A stretch of DNA of 64,000 bases from an uncultured Chloroflexia bacterium (lineage in GTDB: Bacteria > Chloroflexota > Limnocylindria > Limnocylindrales > CSP1-4). Position 1 is the stretch's first letter, and each line of letters opens with the position of its first letter. A program made the translations under genes and the position numbers. Under the pieces are notes generated by a model that worked only from the letters and a program-made list of their open reading frames with translations, had not been told where the DNA came from and searched no databases. Location: NCBI GenBank assembly GCA_963814315.1, contig CAWFCG010000003.1, positions 1,131,599-1,195,598 of the forward strand. Reading direction: 5' to 3'. Below are positions 23,878-31,788 of this stretch, piece after piece.

Positions 23878-24792
23878 GTGGCTATGATGCGAATCGTGGC
23901 AGACAGGGGCCTTCAAGCGTACGCCGTGCCCTCGGCGCGAGCGGGCCAGACTTCAGACCCCGCTGTGCGCCGTGATGCCCTATCCGGGCTGATGACGGGT
24001 GGTTTTCTGTTGGCTGTCATCGCCACCGTCCTGGCCATCATCATCGCCGCGCCCCAGTACGCTGAGCCGGCCGACGATACCGCCCTCATCGCTGCCAGCG
24101 GTGATCCCGTCGCTGATGCTTCCGCCCCGCCTGTCCTCGCCACGGCCGCGTTGATGACATCGGACCCGCCGACGGAGCTCAAGGGCTATCGCTGGCCGGT
24201 GCGCGGCGGCCAGATCAACAAGAACTACGGGGAGGACACGGCCGGGCGCTTCGAGATCGGCGGCCAGCGAGTCCATGACGGCATCGTCATCACCTGGTTC
24301 GAGGGCGCGCCGGTCAAGGCCGCTCACGCGGGCAAGGTGCTTGCCGCCGGCCCCGATTGGGTGGCTGAGGCCGGCTATGAAGGCTCGGTCGATCCCGTCC
24401 TCCGGCGCTACGAGAAGCAACTGAAGAAGCACAAAAAGCAAGGCCGGGAAGCTGACGAGTTCCCACTTGGTATCGTCATCGATGACGGCAACGGCTATCG
24501 CAGCATCTACACGGAACTGCAGGACCTCGGTGTCAAGGCTGATGATGAGGTCAAGGCCGGCCAGACCATCGGTGGCATGGCACGGGCCGAGGGCAAGCAG
24601 ATGACGCGCTACCGCCTGGTGCGCATGGACGGACCCCTGATGACGGTGCACAAGTCCGACCGCAAGCTGGGCTACCCAGACCTCGCGCGCGAACGGGTCG
24701 ACCCCTTGGCCGTGTTCAAGCTCGATGCCAAGAAGATGCCCGAGCTGAAGGGCAAGCGACCGACCGATCCGCCGCACCTCTCCGACTACTAG
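23878..24792 (+). CDS. Membrane-anchored LytM/M23-domain protein with degenerate catalytic motifs
   Basis: N-terminal TM helix (GGFLLAVIATVLAIIIAAP). The C-terminal M23-like blocks are KAAHAGKVLAAG and GIVIDDGNGYRSIYTELQDLGVKADDEVKAGQTIGG. The HxxxD Asp and the HxH His ligands appear replaced. Confidence 0.65.
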   Translation: MAMMRIVADRGLQAYAVPSARAGQTSDPAVRRDALSGLMTGGFLLAVIATVLAIIIAAPQYAEPADDTALIAASGDPVADASAPPVLATAALMTSDPPTELKGYRWPVRGGQINKNYGEDTAGRFEIGGQRVHDGIVITWFEGAPVKAAHAGKVLAAGPDWVAEAGYEGSVDPVLRRYEKQLKKHKKQGREADEFPLGIVIDDGNGYRSIYTELQDLGVKADDEVKAGQTIGGMARAEGKQMTRYRLVRMDGPLMTVHKSDRKLGYPDLARERVDPLAVFKLDAKKMPELKGKRPTDPPHLSDY

Positions 24793-24829
24793 CGCAGGGC
24801 CACGGGCCGGGCTGCATCGTGATAGCCGA

Positions 24830-25078
24830 TCAGTCATACAGGCGTTCCAGGTGCCATGAGCCGTCGGTGCCGTCGCGATAGACCAGCGCCAGCAGGCGTG
24901 GCCCCACGACCTTGAAATAGTCGCGCACCAGTGGCTGACGCCACCAGGCCTCCTCGATGCGCCAGTGGTTGCACGTCTCCACCGGCTCGCGCACACCCGG
25001 CCAGCGCAACCTGATGGGCCAGCCACGATCGTCAGTCTCCACCTCGATGGCAGGGTGCTGGCCCAACAGGCGGGTCAC
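24830..25078 (-). CDS. Small protein resembling the ImuB C-terminal domain, as a separate ORF
   Basis: 82 aa. RLLGQHPAIEVETDDRGWPIRLRWPG...WRIEEAWWRQPLVRDYFKV...GSWHLERLYD resembles the C-terminus of full-length ImuB proteins as I recall them. Its GTG overlaps the imuB TGA (GTGA). Confidence 0.6.
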   Translation of the reverse strand: MTRLLGQHPAIEVETDDRGWPIRLRWPGVREPVETCNHWRIEEAWWRQPLVRDYFKVVGPRLLALVYRDGTDGSWHLERLYD

Positions 25079-26304
25079 GATTCGACCGCTTCATGCCACT
25101 CGAAGCGCTGCTCCGCGACGAGCGACTCCGTATCGGCGCTGACCGCGCGCAGGATGCGATCGGTACCGAAGCGGATGGCGAGGCTGGCCAGCTGCCACTC
25201 CAGGCGAGCGGCATGCGCACCCTGACGGCTGAACAGCGTCAGCTGCTGACCAGCCTCCGGCGCGGTGCCGTCCAGCTCCAGCGCCAGCCGCTCCACCGGC
25301 GCCGACGGTGGCGCCGCTTCCAGTCGAGCCAGCAGCAGCCGCTCCAGCAGCTCAGCCGCGGCAGACGGCTCCGGCAGTGCCTGGCGATACTCCAGCGTCC
25401 GCGGCTCCGTCGCTGATGCCGGCCGGTCCAGCGTGAGCGTCAACGACGCCCGAGCGGCACCGGCGCCACGTGCCGACAGTTGCTCGCAGAGCGTGCCGCA
25501 GAGGTGGTGCAGCACGAAGCGCAGCGGCTCCAGCTCGTCCGCTGGCGGGTCCAGCTCCACGTCCGCGGACAGGCGCTCCAGCGGGCGGCGCGGTCGCAGT
25601 GGGCGGCCATCCATGCCACGCACGAGGTCGTGCAGCTCTGCGCCGGGCGCGCCGAATCGCGCTACCACGGCCGAGTGATCGAGCGCCGCCAGCTGTCCCA
25701 TCGTGGTGAGGCCCAGCACACGCAGGCGTTCCTGTACCGCGCCATCCGCCGGCAGCAGCGTCAGCGGCAACGGCGCCAGGAAGGCCGCCTCCTCTCGCCG
25801 GCCACCCAGTGGGATAGCAGGGGCGCCGATGCGTGCTGCCACGCCCGCCCCGAAACGGGTGTTGCCGATGCTCACACGTGGCGCGCCCGGCAGCAGCGGC
25901 GCCAAGATTGTCAGGGCACGCGCCACCAGCGCAGGCTCATCGCCCCACAGCCGGCTGAGACCCTCGATGCCGATGTAGACACGGCCGAAGGCCGGGTGTG
26001 CCGGATCCACCTCCCCTTCCACGGCTGGGGCGAGGGCGTTCAGTGCCTCCAGCGCGGCTTCGAAGGGGTCAGCCAGTGCCGCCACATCCAAGGGCACGAA
26101 CTGCGCCTCCGGAACGAGGCTGTGTGCGGTACCCAGCGGCTGTCCGCGGCGCACACCCAGCGCGCCAGCGGCCGGGCTACGGTCGAGTACGTGACCCGGA
26201 TCCCAGGGCCGTCCGCCCAGCACGACCGCCTCTTCCGGCTCGGGGTCACGGCCCAGCGCCAATCGCAACGGCAGGTGCGGCCAGTCCAGGTACAGCAAGC
26301 GCAT
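25075..26304 (-). CDS. imuB: ImuB, Y-family-polymerase-like SOS mutagenesis accessory protein
   Basis: MRLLYLDWPHLPLRLA N-terminus and Y-family-like fold sequence without the catalytic acidic triad context. Beta-clamp motif QLTLF at nt 25231-25245. Located between imuA and the imuB_C ORF. Confidence 0.8.
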   Translation of the reverse strand: MRLLYLDWPHLPLRLALGRDPEPEEAVVLGGRPWDPGHVLDRSPAAGALGVRRGQPLGTAHSLVPEAQFVPLDVAALADPFEAALEALNALAPAVEGEVDPAHPAFGRVYIGIEGLSRLWGDEPALVARALTILAPLLPGAPRVSIGNTRFGAGVAARIGAPAIPLGGRREEAAFLAPLPLTLLPADGAVQERLRVLGLTTMGQLAALDHSAVVARFGAPGAELHDLVRGMDGRPLRPRRPLERLSADVELDPPADELEPLRFVLHHLCGTLCEQLSARGAGAARASLTLTLDRPASATEPRTLEYRQALPEPSAAAELLERLLLARLEAAPPSAPVERLALELDGTAPEAGQQLTLFSRQGAHAARLEWQLASLAIRFGTDRILRAVSADTESLVAEQRFEWHEAVES

Positions 26305-26337
26305 GACTCGATCGATAGCGCGTCCGCGAGCCCGCGG

Positions 26338-27345
26338 TCACACCACGACCAGGCGAGGCTTCGGTCGCTCTGGCTGTTCCGGGCGCTGCGGCCGCACCTG
26401 GCGCTCAGGTCGCCCCAGCAGAACCTCCGGCCCCGGTAGGCTCAGCGTGTCGGCCGCTGTCCCACCCGCTGCCAGCCGCCCGGTGGCCACTGCCCGCTCA
26501 CCCTCTCCCAGATAGTGGATGTCCAGGTCCACGCTGCGACCCGGTGGCCCGTAGCGATTCTTGGCCACCGCCACGGCCGTACGCTGCCCCACCACGTCCC
26601 GCCCCAACCGGAGCCAGGCCTTCCGCTCCAGCTCCAGCCGCAAGCTGGTACTGCTCGCCAGGGCCGCCCCTAGCGAGCCGGCCAGCGAGGCCGGCTCCAG
26701 CAGGATAAGGCGAGCACCGACGCGACGGGCATGGGCCGCCAGGCGGCGCAGCTGATCCTCCAAGGGTGCGCGCGAACGAGCCGGCAGATCCACCACCAGC
26801 AGACCCACGCAGCGTCCTGTTAGCAGCACGCCTGCCAGGCTGAGGCCCTCCTGGACGCTAGCCGGGCGGATGACCAGCAGCCAGCGTAGGTCCACACCGC
26901 GACCGACGGCATCCACGGGGTCGAAAGCGCGGCCCAGGTCCAGCCAGGCCACGATGTCTCCACCTGCCTGGGCCTCCGCCGCGCAGCGCAGTGCCAGCGT
27001 GGTCTTGCCGCTCGACGGCCCACCGCGGACCGCCACGCTGGCCTCCACCGGCAGCCCGGATGGGCCCAGGATGGCGTCCAGAGCCGGGAAGCCGGTGGAG
27101 ATGACACCCGCGGTGGGCGCAACAGCTGGCTCACCGGTCGGCTGCGGTGCCCCCGGACCGGGATCCGGCAGCACCGCGAGAGCGAGAGCACCATGGACGG
27201 CCGAAGCCCCCTGGCCGACTGCTGTTGCCGACCCGACCGGGCGACCATCACCCAGCCGGATCGCCGCACTACCCCAGCGGGTCTGGAGGGTGGCAAGGGC
27301 ACTGTTCAGGGGCTGGGATGACCGTTCCATGGCCCGGCGAATCAT
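26338..27345 (-). CDS. imuA: ImuA (RecA/SulA-like SOS mutagenesis protein); likely true start is ATG 27330
   Basis: RecA-like ISTGFPALDAILG...GGPSSGKTTLALRCAAEA. The ATG at 27345 lies inside the predicted -10, so the second Met (MERSSQPL, 27330) is favoured. Confidence 0.8.
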   Translation of the reverse strand: MIRRAMERSSQPLNSALATLQTRWGSAAIRLGDGRPVGSATAVGQGASAVHGALALAVLPDPGPGAPQPTGEPAVAPTAGVISTGFPALDAILGPSGLPVEASVAVRGGPSSGKTTLALRCAAEAQAGGDIVAWLDLGRAFDPVDAVGRGVDLRWLLVIRPASVQEGLSLAGVLLTGRCVGLLVVDLPARSRAPLEDQLRRLAAHARRVGARLILLEPASLAGSLGAALASSTSLRLELERKAWLRLGRDVVGQRTAVAVAKNRYGPPGRSVDLDIHYLGEGERAVATGRLAAGGTAADTLSLPGPEVLLGRPERQVRPQRPEQPERPKPRLVVV

Positions 27346-27369
27346 CGAACATCTGTTCTAATCTGTCAA
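27341..27369 (-). promoter_or_regulatory. imuA promoter with a LexA box in the spacer
   Basis: On the minus strand: TTGACA (27369-27364), a 17-nt spacer containing GAACAGATGTTC (box 27347-27358), then GATGAT (27346-27341). ATG 27330 lies 16 nt from the box, the same geometry as dnaE2. Confidence 0.6.
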
Positions 27370-27645
27370 GTGTCAGGCGCTACCTTTGAACGGCGCGGCC
27401 ATGTCGGGTAAGCCATCCCGGCCGTGGGGCACTCAGCCTTGGCCCGTGGGGCGGGTCATCGGACGGAGCAAGCGGTCGTCCTACCCACCCGGGGGCATGG
27501 GACGACGACTCGGTGGGCCGCTGCGGTCCCCGGCTCCGCTGGTTCACCCGTGGGGTGGGTCAACGGTGACAACTTGGCGCCTCGGGCGCTCGGTGACTTG
27601 ACCCACGATGCGCTTGGCGGACAAAGTGACTGTCGCACTGTCAAG

Positions 27646-27662
27646 TGTCACGGCGCTGTCAC
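27646..27662 (+). promoter_or_regulatory. Direct repeat TGTCAC-N5-TGTCAC upstream of the response-regulator gene (candidate OmpR-family autoregulatory site)
   Basis: TGTCAC at 27646 and 27657 (11-bp phasing), further TGTC(A) copies at 27631 and 27639, and an inverted GTGAC at 27665. Confidence 0.3.
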
Positions 27663-27689
27663 CGGTGACCGCCAGACTGCAGCGCTAGC

Positions 27690-28466
27690 ATGAACGTCCT
27701 GATGCCCACACCCAAGCCCAACGCCGAGCTCGTCCCCACCACGCGTCCCGTCCTGGTCGTTGATGACGACCGCAAGATCGTGGCGCTGGTGCGCGCGTAC
27801 CTGGAGCGTGAGGGCTTCCGCGTCATCGTCGCCTACGACGGCCGCGAGGCCCTACGCCAGGCCCGCAAGGGAGAGCCAGCACTCATCGTGCTGGACCTGA
27901 TGCTGCCGGAGATCGACGGTTTTGAAGTCATGCGTCTCCTGCGCGCCGAAAGCGACGTGCCGGTGCTCATGCTGAGCGCGCGCAGCTCATTGCCCGAACG
28001 CATCATCGGGCTGGAGAAAGGTGCCGACGACTACCTCCCCAAGCCTTTCAGCCCAGCCGAGCTGGTGGTGCGCGTGAAGGCCATCCTGCGTCGCATCGAC
28101 AAGCCGGGCGGTACCGCGATGGTCAAGCCGACCGCCTCCACGCTTACCCAGCACGACCTGGTCATCGACACCGAGCGCTACGAGGTCCGTCGCGGCGATC
28201 AGCTGGTGCCGCTCACGCCGGTCGAATTCAAGCTGCTGGTGACCCTGGTGGCAGCCGATGGCCGAGCCCTCACACGTGACCAGCTGCTCGATGCGGTCTA
28301 CGGCTCCGATGACAGCGACGTGCTCGACCGCACCATCGACGTCCACATCGGCCGCCTGCGCGAGAAACTGGGTGACGATGTCGAGCAGCCGCGCTACGTC
28401 ATGACCGTCCGCGGCGTGGGCTACCGAGCCGCCCCGCCAATCTCAGAAACGTCGTCACGGACATGA
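27690..28466 (+). CDS. OmpR-family response regulator
   Basis: Receiver domain (VLVVDDD...LDLMLPEIDG...KPF) plus a winged-helix output domain. 4-nt overlap with the kinase gene. Start could be ATG 27702. Confidence 0.92.
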   Translation: MNVLMPTPKPNAELVPTTRPVLVVDDDRKIVALVRAYLEREGFRVIVAYDGREALRQARKGEPALIVLDLMLPEIDGFEVMRLLRAESDVPVLMLSARSSLPERIIGLEKGADDYLPKPFSPAELVVRVKAILRRIDKPGGTAMVKPTASTLTQHDLVIDTERYEVRRGDQLVPLTPVEFKLLVTLVAADGRALTRDQLLDAVYGSDDSDVLDRTIDVHIGRLREKLGDDVEQPRYVMTVRGVGYRAAPPISETSSRT

Positions 28467-29602
28467 CCGGGGAGCTCCCGGAGCCCTCGACGTCCCACCG
28501 CCGACCGGCCTTCGGCCGCGGCCTGGCCTGGCGCATCGCTCTCGTCGGCATCGGCTCCGCACTGGTCGCGGTCGGCATCATCACCGCTGGCGTGCTCATC
28601 GTGGGCAGCGAGGCCATGGCGCACCTGATGATGGAGCATGGCGAGACCGCCGAGGCTGCCTACGCCATGTTCGACGAGACCATCCGCGAGGTGCTGGTGG
28701 TCGCCACCGCGGTGGCCGTGGTGGCCGGTGTGGCCCTCGCCATCGCACTCTCGCGCATGATCGCCAGACCCCTCGCCGACGTTGGCGCAGCGGCCCGGCG
28801 CGTGGCCGATGGTGACCTCAGCATCCGTGTACCGCGTGCGGCGCCCGATGAGCTGGCCAGCCTGGCCGATTCCTTCAACCAGATGGCCGCGGAGCTCGAG
28901 GAGAGCGAACGCCAGCGCCGCGACATCATCGCCAACACCGCCCATGAGCTGCGCACGCCACTGACGAACCTGGAGGGCTATCTCGAAGCCATCCGCGATG
29001 GCGTCATCGTGCCCGATCAAGGCACCTACGAATCCCTGCTCGAGGAGACCGAGCGGCTGGTTCGGCTGGCGCGTTCGCTCGACGATCTGGCCCTCGGCGA
29101 CGCCGCCCACAAGACCGCCCACCCAGTCGAGGTCGACCTGGCCTCGCTGCTCTCGGCGGCCGCCGAGCTGACACGCCCGACCTTCGAGGCTCGCCGCCTG
29201 ATATTGGAACGCCGCTGGAGCCAGCCGTTGCCGGCACGAGCCGATCCGGACCAATTCGCACAGGTGCTGGTCAACCTGCTCCAGAATGCCGCCCGATATG
29301 CGCCCGAAGGCGGGACCGTCACGCTCACCGCCGAGGGCCGTGACGACACCGTCCTGGTCAGCCTTTCGAACAGCGGTGAGGGTATCCCGGCACAGGATCT
29401 ACCGTACGTCTTCGAGCGCTTCTATCGCGTGGAGAAGTCTCGTGACCGCGCCCTCGGCGGCGCCGGCATCGGCCTGGCCATCGTGAAGCAGCTGGTGGAG
29501 GGCTGGGGCGGTCGCGTAGGGGCGGAATCGGCGTCCGGCCGTACCCGCTTCTGGTTCAGCCTGCCTCAGGGTCGGCCCACCTCGCACGGCGGCCCGCGCT
29601 GA
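28463..29602 (+). CDS. HAMP-domain sensor histidine kinase
   Basis: Two TM segments, HAMP, H-box AHELRTPLT, N box LLQNAARYAP, G boxes GGAGIGLAIV. Confidence 0.92.
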   Translation: MTGELPEPSTSHRRPAFGRGLAWRIALVGIGSALVAVGIITAGVLIVGSEAMAHLMMEHGETAEAAYAMFDETIREVLVVATAVAVVAGVALAIALSRMIARPLADVGAAARRVADGDLSIRVPRAAPDELASLADSFNQMAAELEESERQRRDIIANTAHELRTPLTNLEGYLEAIRDGVIVPDQGTYESLLEETERLVRLARSLDDLALGDAAHKTAHPVEVDLASLLSAAAELTRPTFEARRLILERRWSQPLPARADPDQFAQVLVNLLQNAARYAPEGGTVTLTAEGRDDTVLVSLSNSGEGIPAQDLPYVFERFYRVEKSRDRALGGAGIGLAIVKQLVEGWGGRVGAESASGRTRFWFSLPQGRPTSHGGPR

Positions 29603-29628
29603 TCGATCGCGTTCGTCAGTCGAGCTGA

Positions 29629-30378
29629 TCAGTCCTCGCGGGCAGCCTCGGCGCGACGCTTGATGCCCAGCATCTGGCTCCGCATCAGGGTGAAGGCCGC
29701 CATCCCCAGGAGCGGCATGGCACGACGCTGTCCGCCACTCAGGGCATCCATACGGACGCGCACGCGCTCGATGAGCCTCGTCCGTCCACCTGGCGCATCC
29801 TCCAGGATGAACGCCCAGCTCACCTTGTAGGGCGGCATGTCCATCTCCGCGAGGGCATCGGCCATCTCCTCGGGCGCGTCGGCCATCGACTCGGTCAGCT
29901 GCTCGCGGGCCAGGGTGTCGTCAAGGTAGAGCACCAGCGTCTCGCCGGGATCCAGATGGCGGACCGCGAAGCCACCATCGTCATGGATTGGCACGAGGTC
30001 ACCGACGGCCAGCTCCTGGAACTCCTCCAGGATGGTGTCCGCGCTGTGGACCGCAGCACCGCCGGAGGGACTCCAGGGCCGGTCCAGCGCACCGTAGCCG
30101 TACCAGCCGCCGCGGCCGTAGCCGAGCTGGACGAGCCAAGGCCAGACCTGCTCGGGTGGGGCGTCGATCTCCACCGCTCGCGTCTCGACGACATCTGCCT
30201 TTGCCACCAGGTCGTCACCCGTAAGACCGCGCGCCGTGCCGCCACTGAGCAAGCCCCACGAGCGGTATTGCTCGCGCAGCTGCAGAGCGACCGCGGTGCT
30301 CATGCCGACGCCGAAGGCGAGGAGCAGCAGCCGCAAGCGGAAGACCAGCTTGAAGGTGAACTTGAGCAATCGGAACAT
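29629..30378 (-). CDS. SRPBCC-superfamily protein with an N-terminal membrane anchor
   Basis: MFRLLKFTFKLVFRLRLLLLAFGV anchor, then VEIDAPPEQVWPWLVQLGYGRGGWY, typical of SRPBCC/polyketide-cyclase-like proteins. GGAGG 7 nt upstream of ATG 30378. Confidence 0.6.
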   Translation of the reverse strand: MFRLLKFTFKLVFRLRLLLLAFGVGMSTAVALQLREQYRSWGLLSGGTARGLTGDDLVAKADVVETRAVEIDAPPEQVWPWLVQLGYGRGGWYGYGALDRPWSPSGGAAVHSADTILEEFQELAVGDLVPIHDDGGFAVRHLDPGETLVLYLDDTLAREQLTESMADAPEEMADALAEMDMPPYKVSWAFILEDAPGGRTRLIERVRVRMDALSGGQRRAMPLLGMAAFTLMRSQMLGIKRRAEAARED

Positions 30379-30509
30379 GGAACGGCCTCCTGGGGTGGCG
30401 TCGGGTAACCCGATGCTACTCCCAACTGCCAACTTCAGGCCCGAGGGGCCGAGTGCCAAGCGCGGAGGTATACTTCGGCCGCTGCCGAGTGGCCGCGCGC
30501 CACGTCATC

Positions 30510-30585
30510 GGGGATGTAGCTCAGCTGGAAGAGCGCTGCGTTCGCATCGCAGAGGTCAGGGGTTCGAGTCCCCTCATCTCCACCA
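30510..30585 (+). tRNA. tRNA-Ala (anticodon CGC), CCA encoded
   Basis: Cloverleaf: acceptor GGGGATG/CATCTCC with G3:U70, D arm GCTC/GAGC, anticodon stem CTGCG/CGCAG with loop TTCGCAT, T arm AGGGG-TTCGAGT-CCCCT, then ACCA. Confidence 0.95.
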
Positions 30586-30606
30586 CTCCACCGTTCGTGC
30601 ACAGGA

Positions 30607-31680
30607 TCAGGCGGGTCCGCAGCCGCCGATGCTCCGCGGCCACCGTTCGAAGCGGTTCCCGACTTGGACCAGGAGCCACTCATCGCCGAGCTTCTCGCTC
30701 GTCCAGATCGTGGCATAGCCGTTCGTGATGCCCGAAGAGATGGCGTCGTTGGGCGGTCGGAAGTCGCGACGGAAGCCGGTCGCGCCGAAGGGTCGGCCGA
30801 GAGCACGGCGCGCCTTGCCGCCTGGATCGCGGAGATAGAACCTGACGTTGCCGACGTCCGAGTTCCAGGGCGTACCCGGGGGCAGGCCGATGGCGATCTC
30901 GTGGGCACCGGCGAGGCAATCGGGTCTGCTCACCGCGAGCTCCAGCCCGTGACTGCCCTGTGTCGGGATCCTGCGGCCATCACCGTCTGCCGAACACCAC
31001 GGCTCCATGAGGAACGGGTCGGCTCCGGCGCTGGGATCACGCAGGCCGGGACAAGGTCGCGCGGCTCGGGGCTTCACGTAGGTCGGCCGGAACTCGCTCG
31101 GTCCGATGTCGTCAAGAAGCCAGCGCTCCGAAGCAGCATCGCGGACGAAGCTCAGCGCGATCGACCGGACCTGCGCGCCCTGTACTGCCTCCGTAGGTGC
31201 GTCCCGCGAGGCGTCGAACGTACGCGCACCGGCTGCGATCTGGATGATCGGCGCGACGTCGAGCCCCACCAGCTGATCCCCGTCGGCGCACCACTCTTGC
31301 CAGCCGTCGAGATCGAGGACGTGGGCTTCTTCACGGAAACGCACGAGGTTCCGCTCGACGGCCTGGGCACGCCAGTCGATGGCGTGCAGTCGTTCCATGC
31401 CGCGCGCTGTCGCGAGAGCCGTGAGGGCGGCGTCATCGCCGTTCGAGTAGAAGGCCCAGAGCGCGTCGATCCACGGTCGTGCGATAGCCCGGCGCTGAGC
31501 CATCGAGAGACGGTCGCGTTCGCATACGGTCGGCGAGGCGGGCGCGCTGGAGTCAGGGGTTGGGCTCGCTGACGGCGTGACCGGGTCGGTGGCAGTCACC
31601 CCGTACGCCGGCACAAGGGTGGCGCAAGCCACCAGTACAAGCGTGGCGACGATCGAAAGCCGACGCGTCGGCCTCCACAT
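30607..31680 (-). CDS. Lipoprotein of unknown function
   Basis: MWRPTRRLSIVATLVLVAC lipobox-like signal, a Pro/Ser/Thr linker, and no recognisable domain. Confidence 0.6.
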   Translation of the reverse strand: MWRPTRRLSIVATLVLVACATLVPAYGVTATDPVTPSASPTPDSSAPASPTVCERDRLSMAQRRAIARPWIDALWAFYSNGDDAALTALATARGMERLHAIDWRAQAVERNLVRFREEAHVLDLDGWQEWCADGDQLVGLDVAPIIQIAAGARTFDASRDAPTEAVQGAQVRSIALSFVRDAASERWLLDDIGPSEFRPTYVKPRAARPCPGLRDPSAGADPFLMEPWCSADGDGRRIPTQGSHGLELAVSRPDCLAGAHEIAIGLPPGTPWNSDVGNVRFYLRDPGGKARRALGRPFGATGFRRDFRPPNDAISSGITNGYATIWTSEKLGDEWLLVQVGNRFERWPRSIGGCGPA

Positions 31681-31788
31681 CTCGGGGTCCCTTCTTCGGT
31701 CACGCATGTGCGTTCCTCCAAGTGTGAGGCCACCTGACCATGATGGACCGCCTCAGGCTTGGCAGCAAGTTCGTCCAGACCGGTGTAC

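Noticed and set aside
27364-27386. RecA-independent (PafBC-type) DNA-damage promoter motif, TGTCAAGTG-N8-TACCTT
   Set aside because: It is one nucleotide off the tTGTCRgtg-N8-TAnnnT consensus as I remember it. The second copy of the repeat lacks the TAnnnT element. No WYL/PafBC gene is in the window to support it.
27386-27693. ORFs 27386..27601, 27424..27693 and 27456..27644 in the imuA/regulator spacer
   Set aside because: The translations are Trp/Arg/Gly/Pro-rich, lack an RBS and are mutually overlapping. They behave like random open frames in GC-rich DNA.
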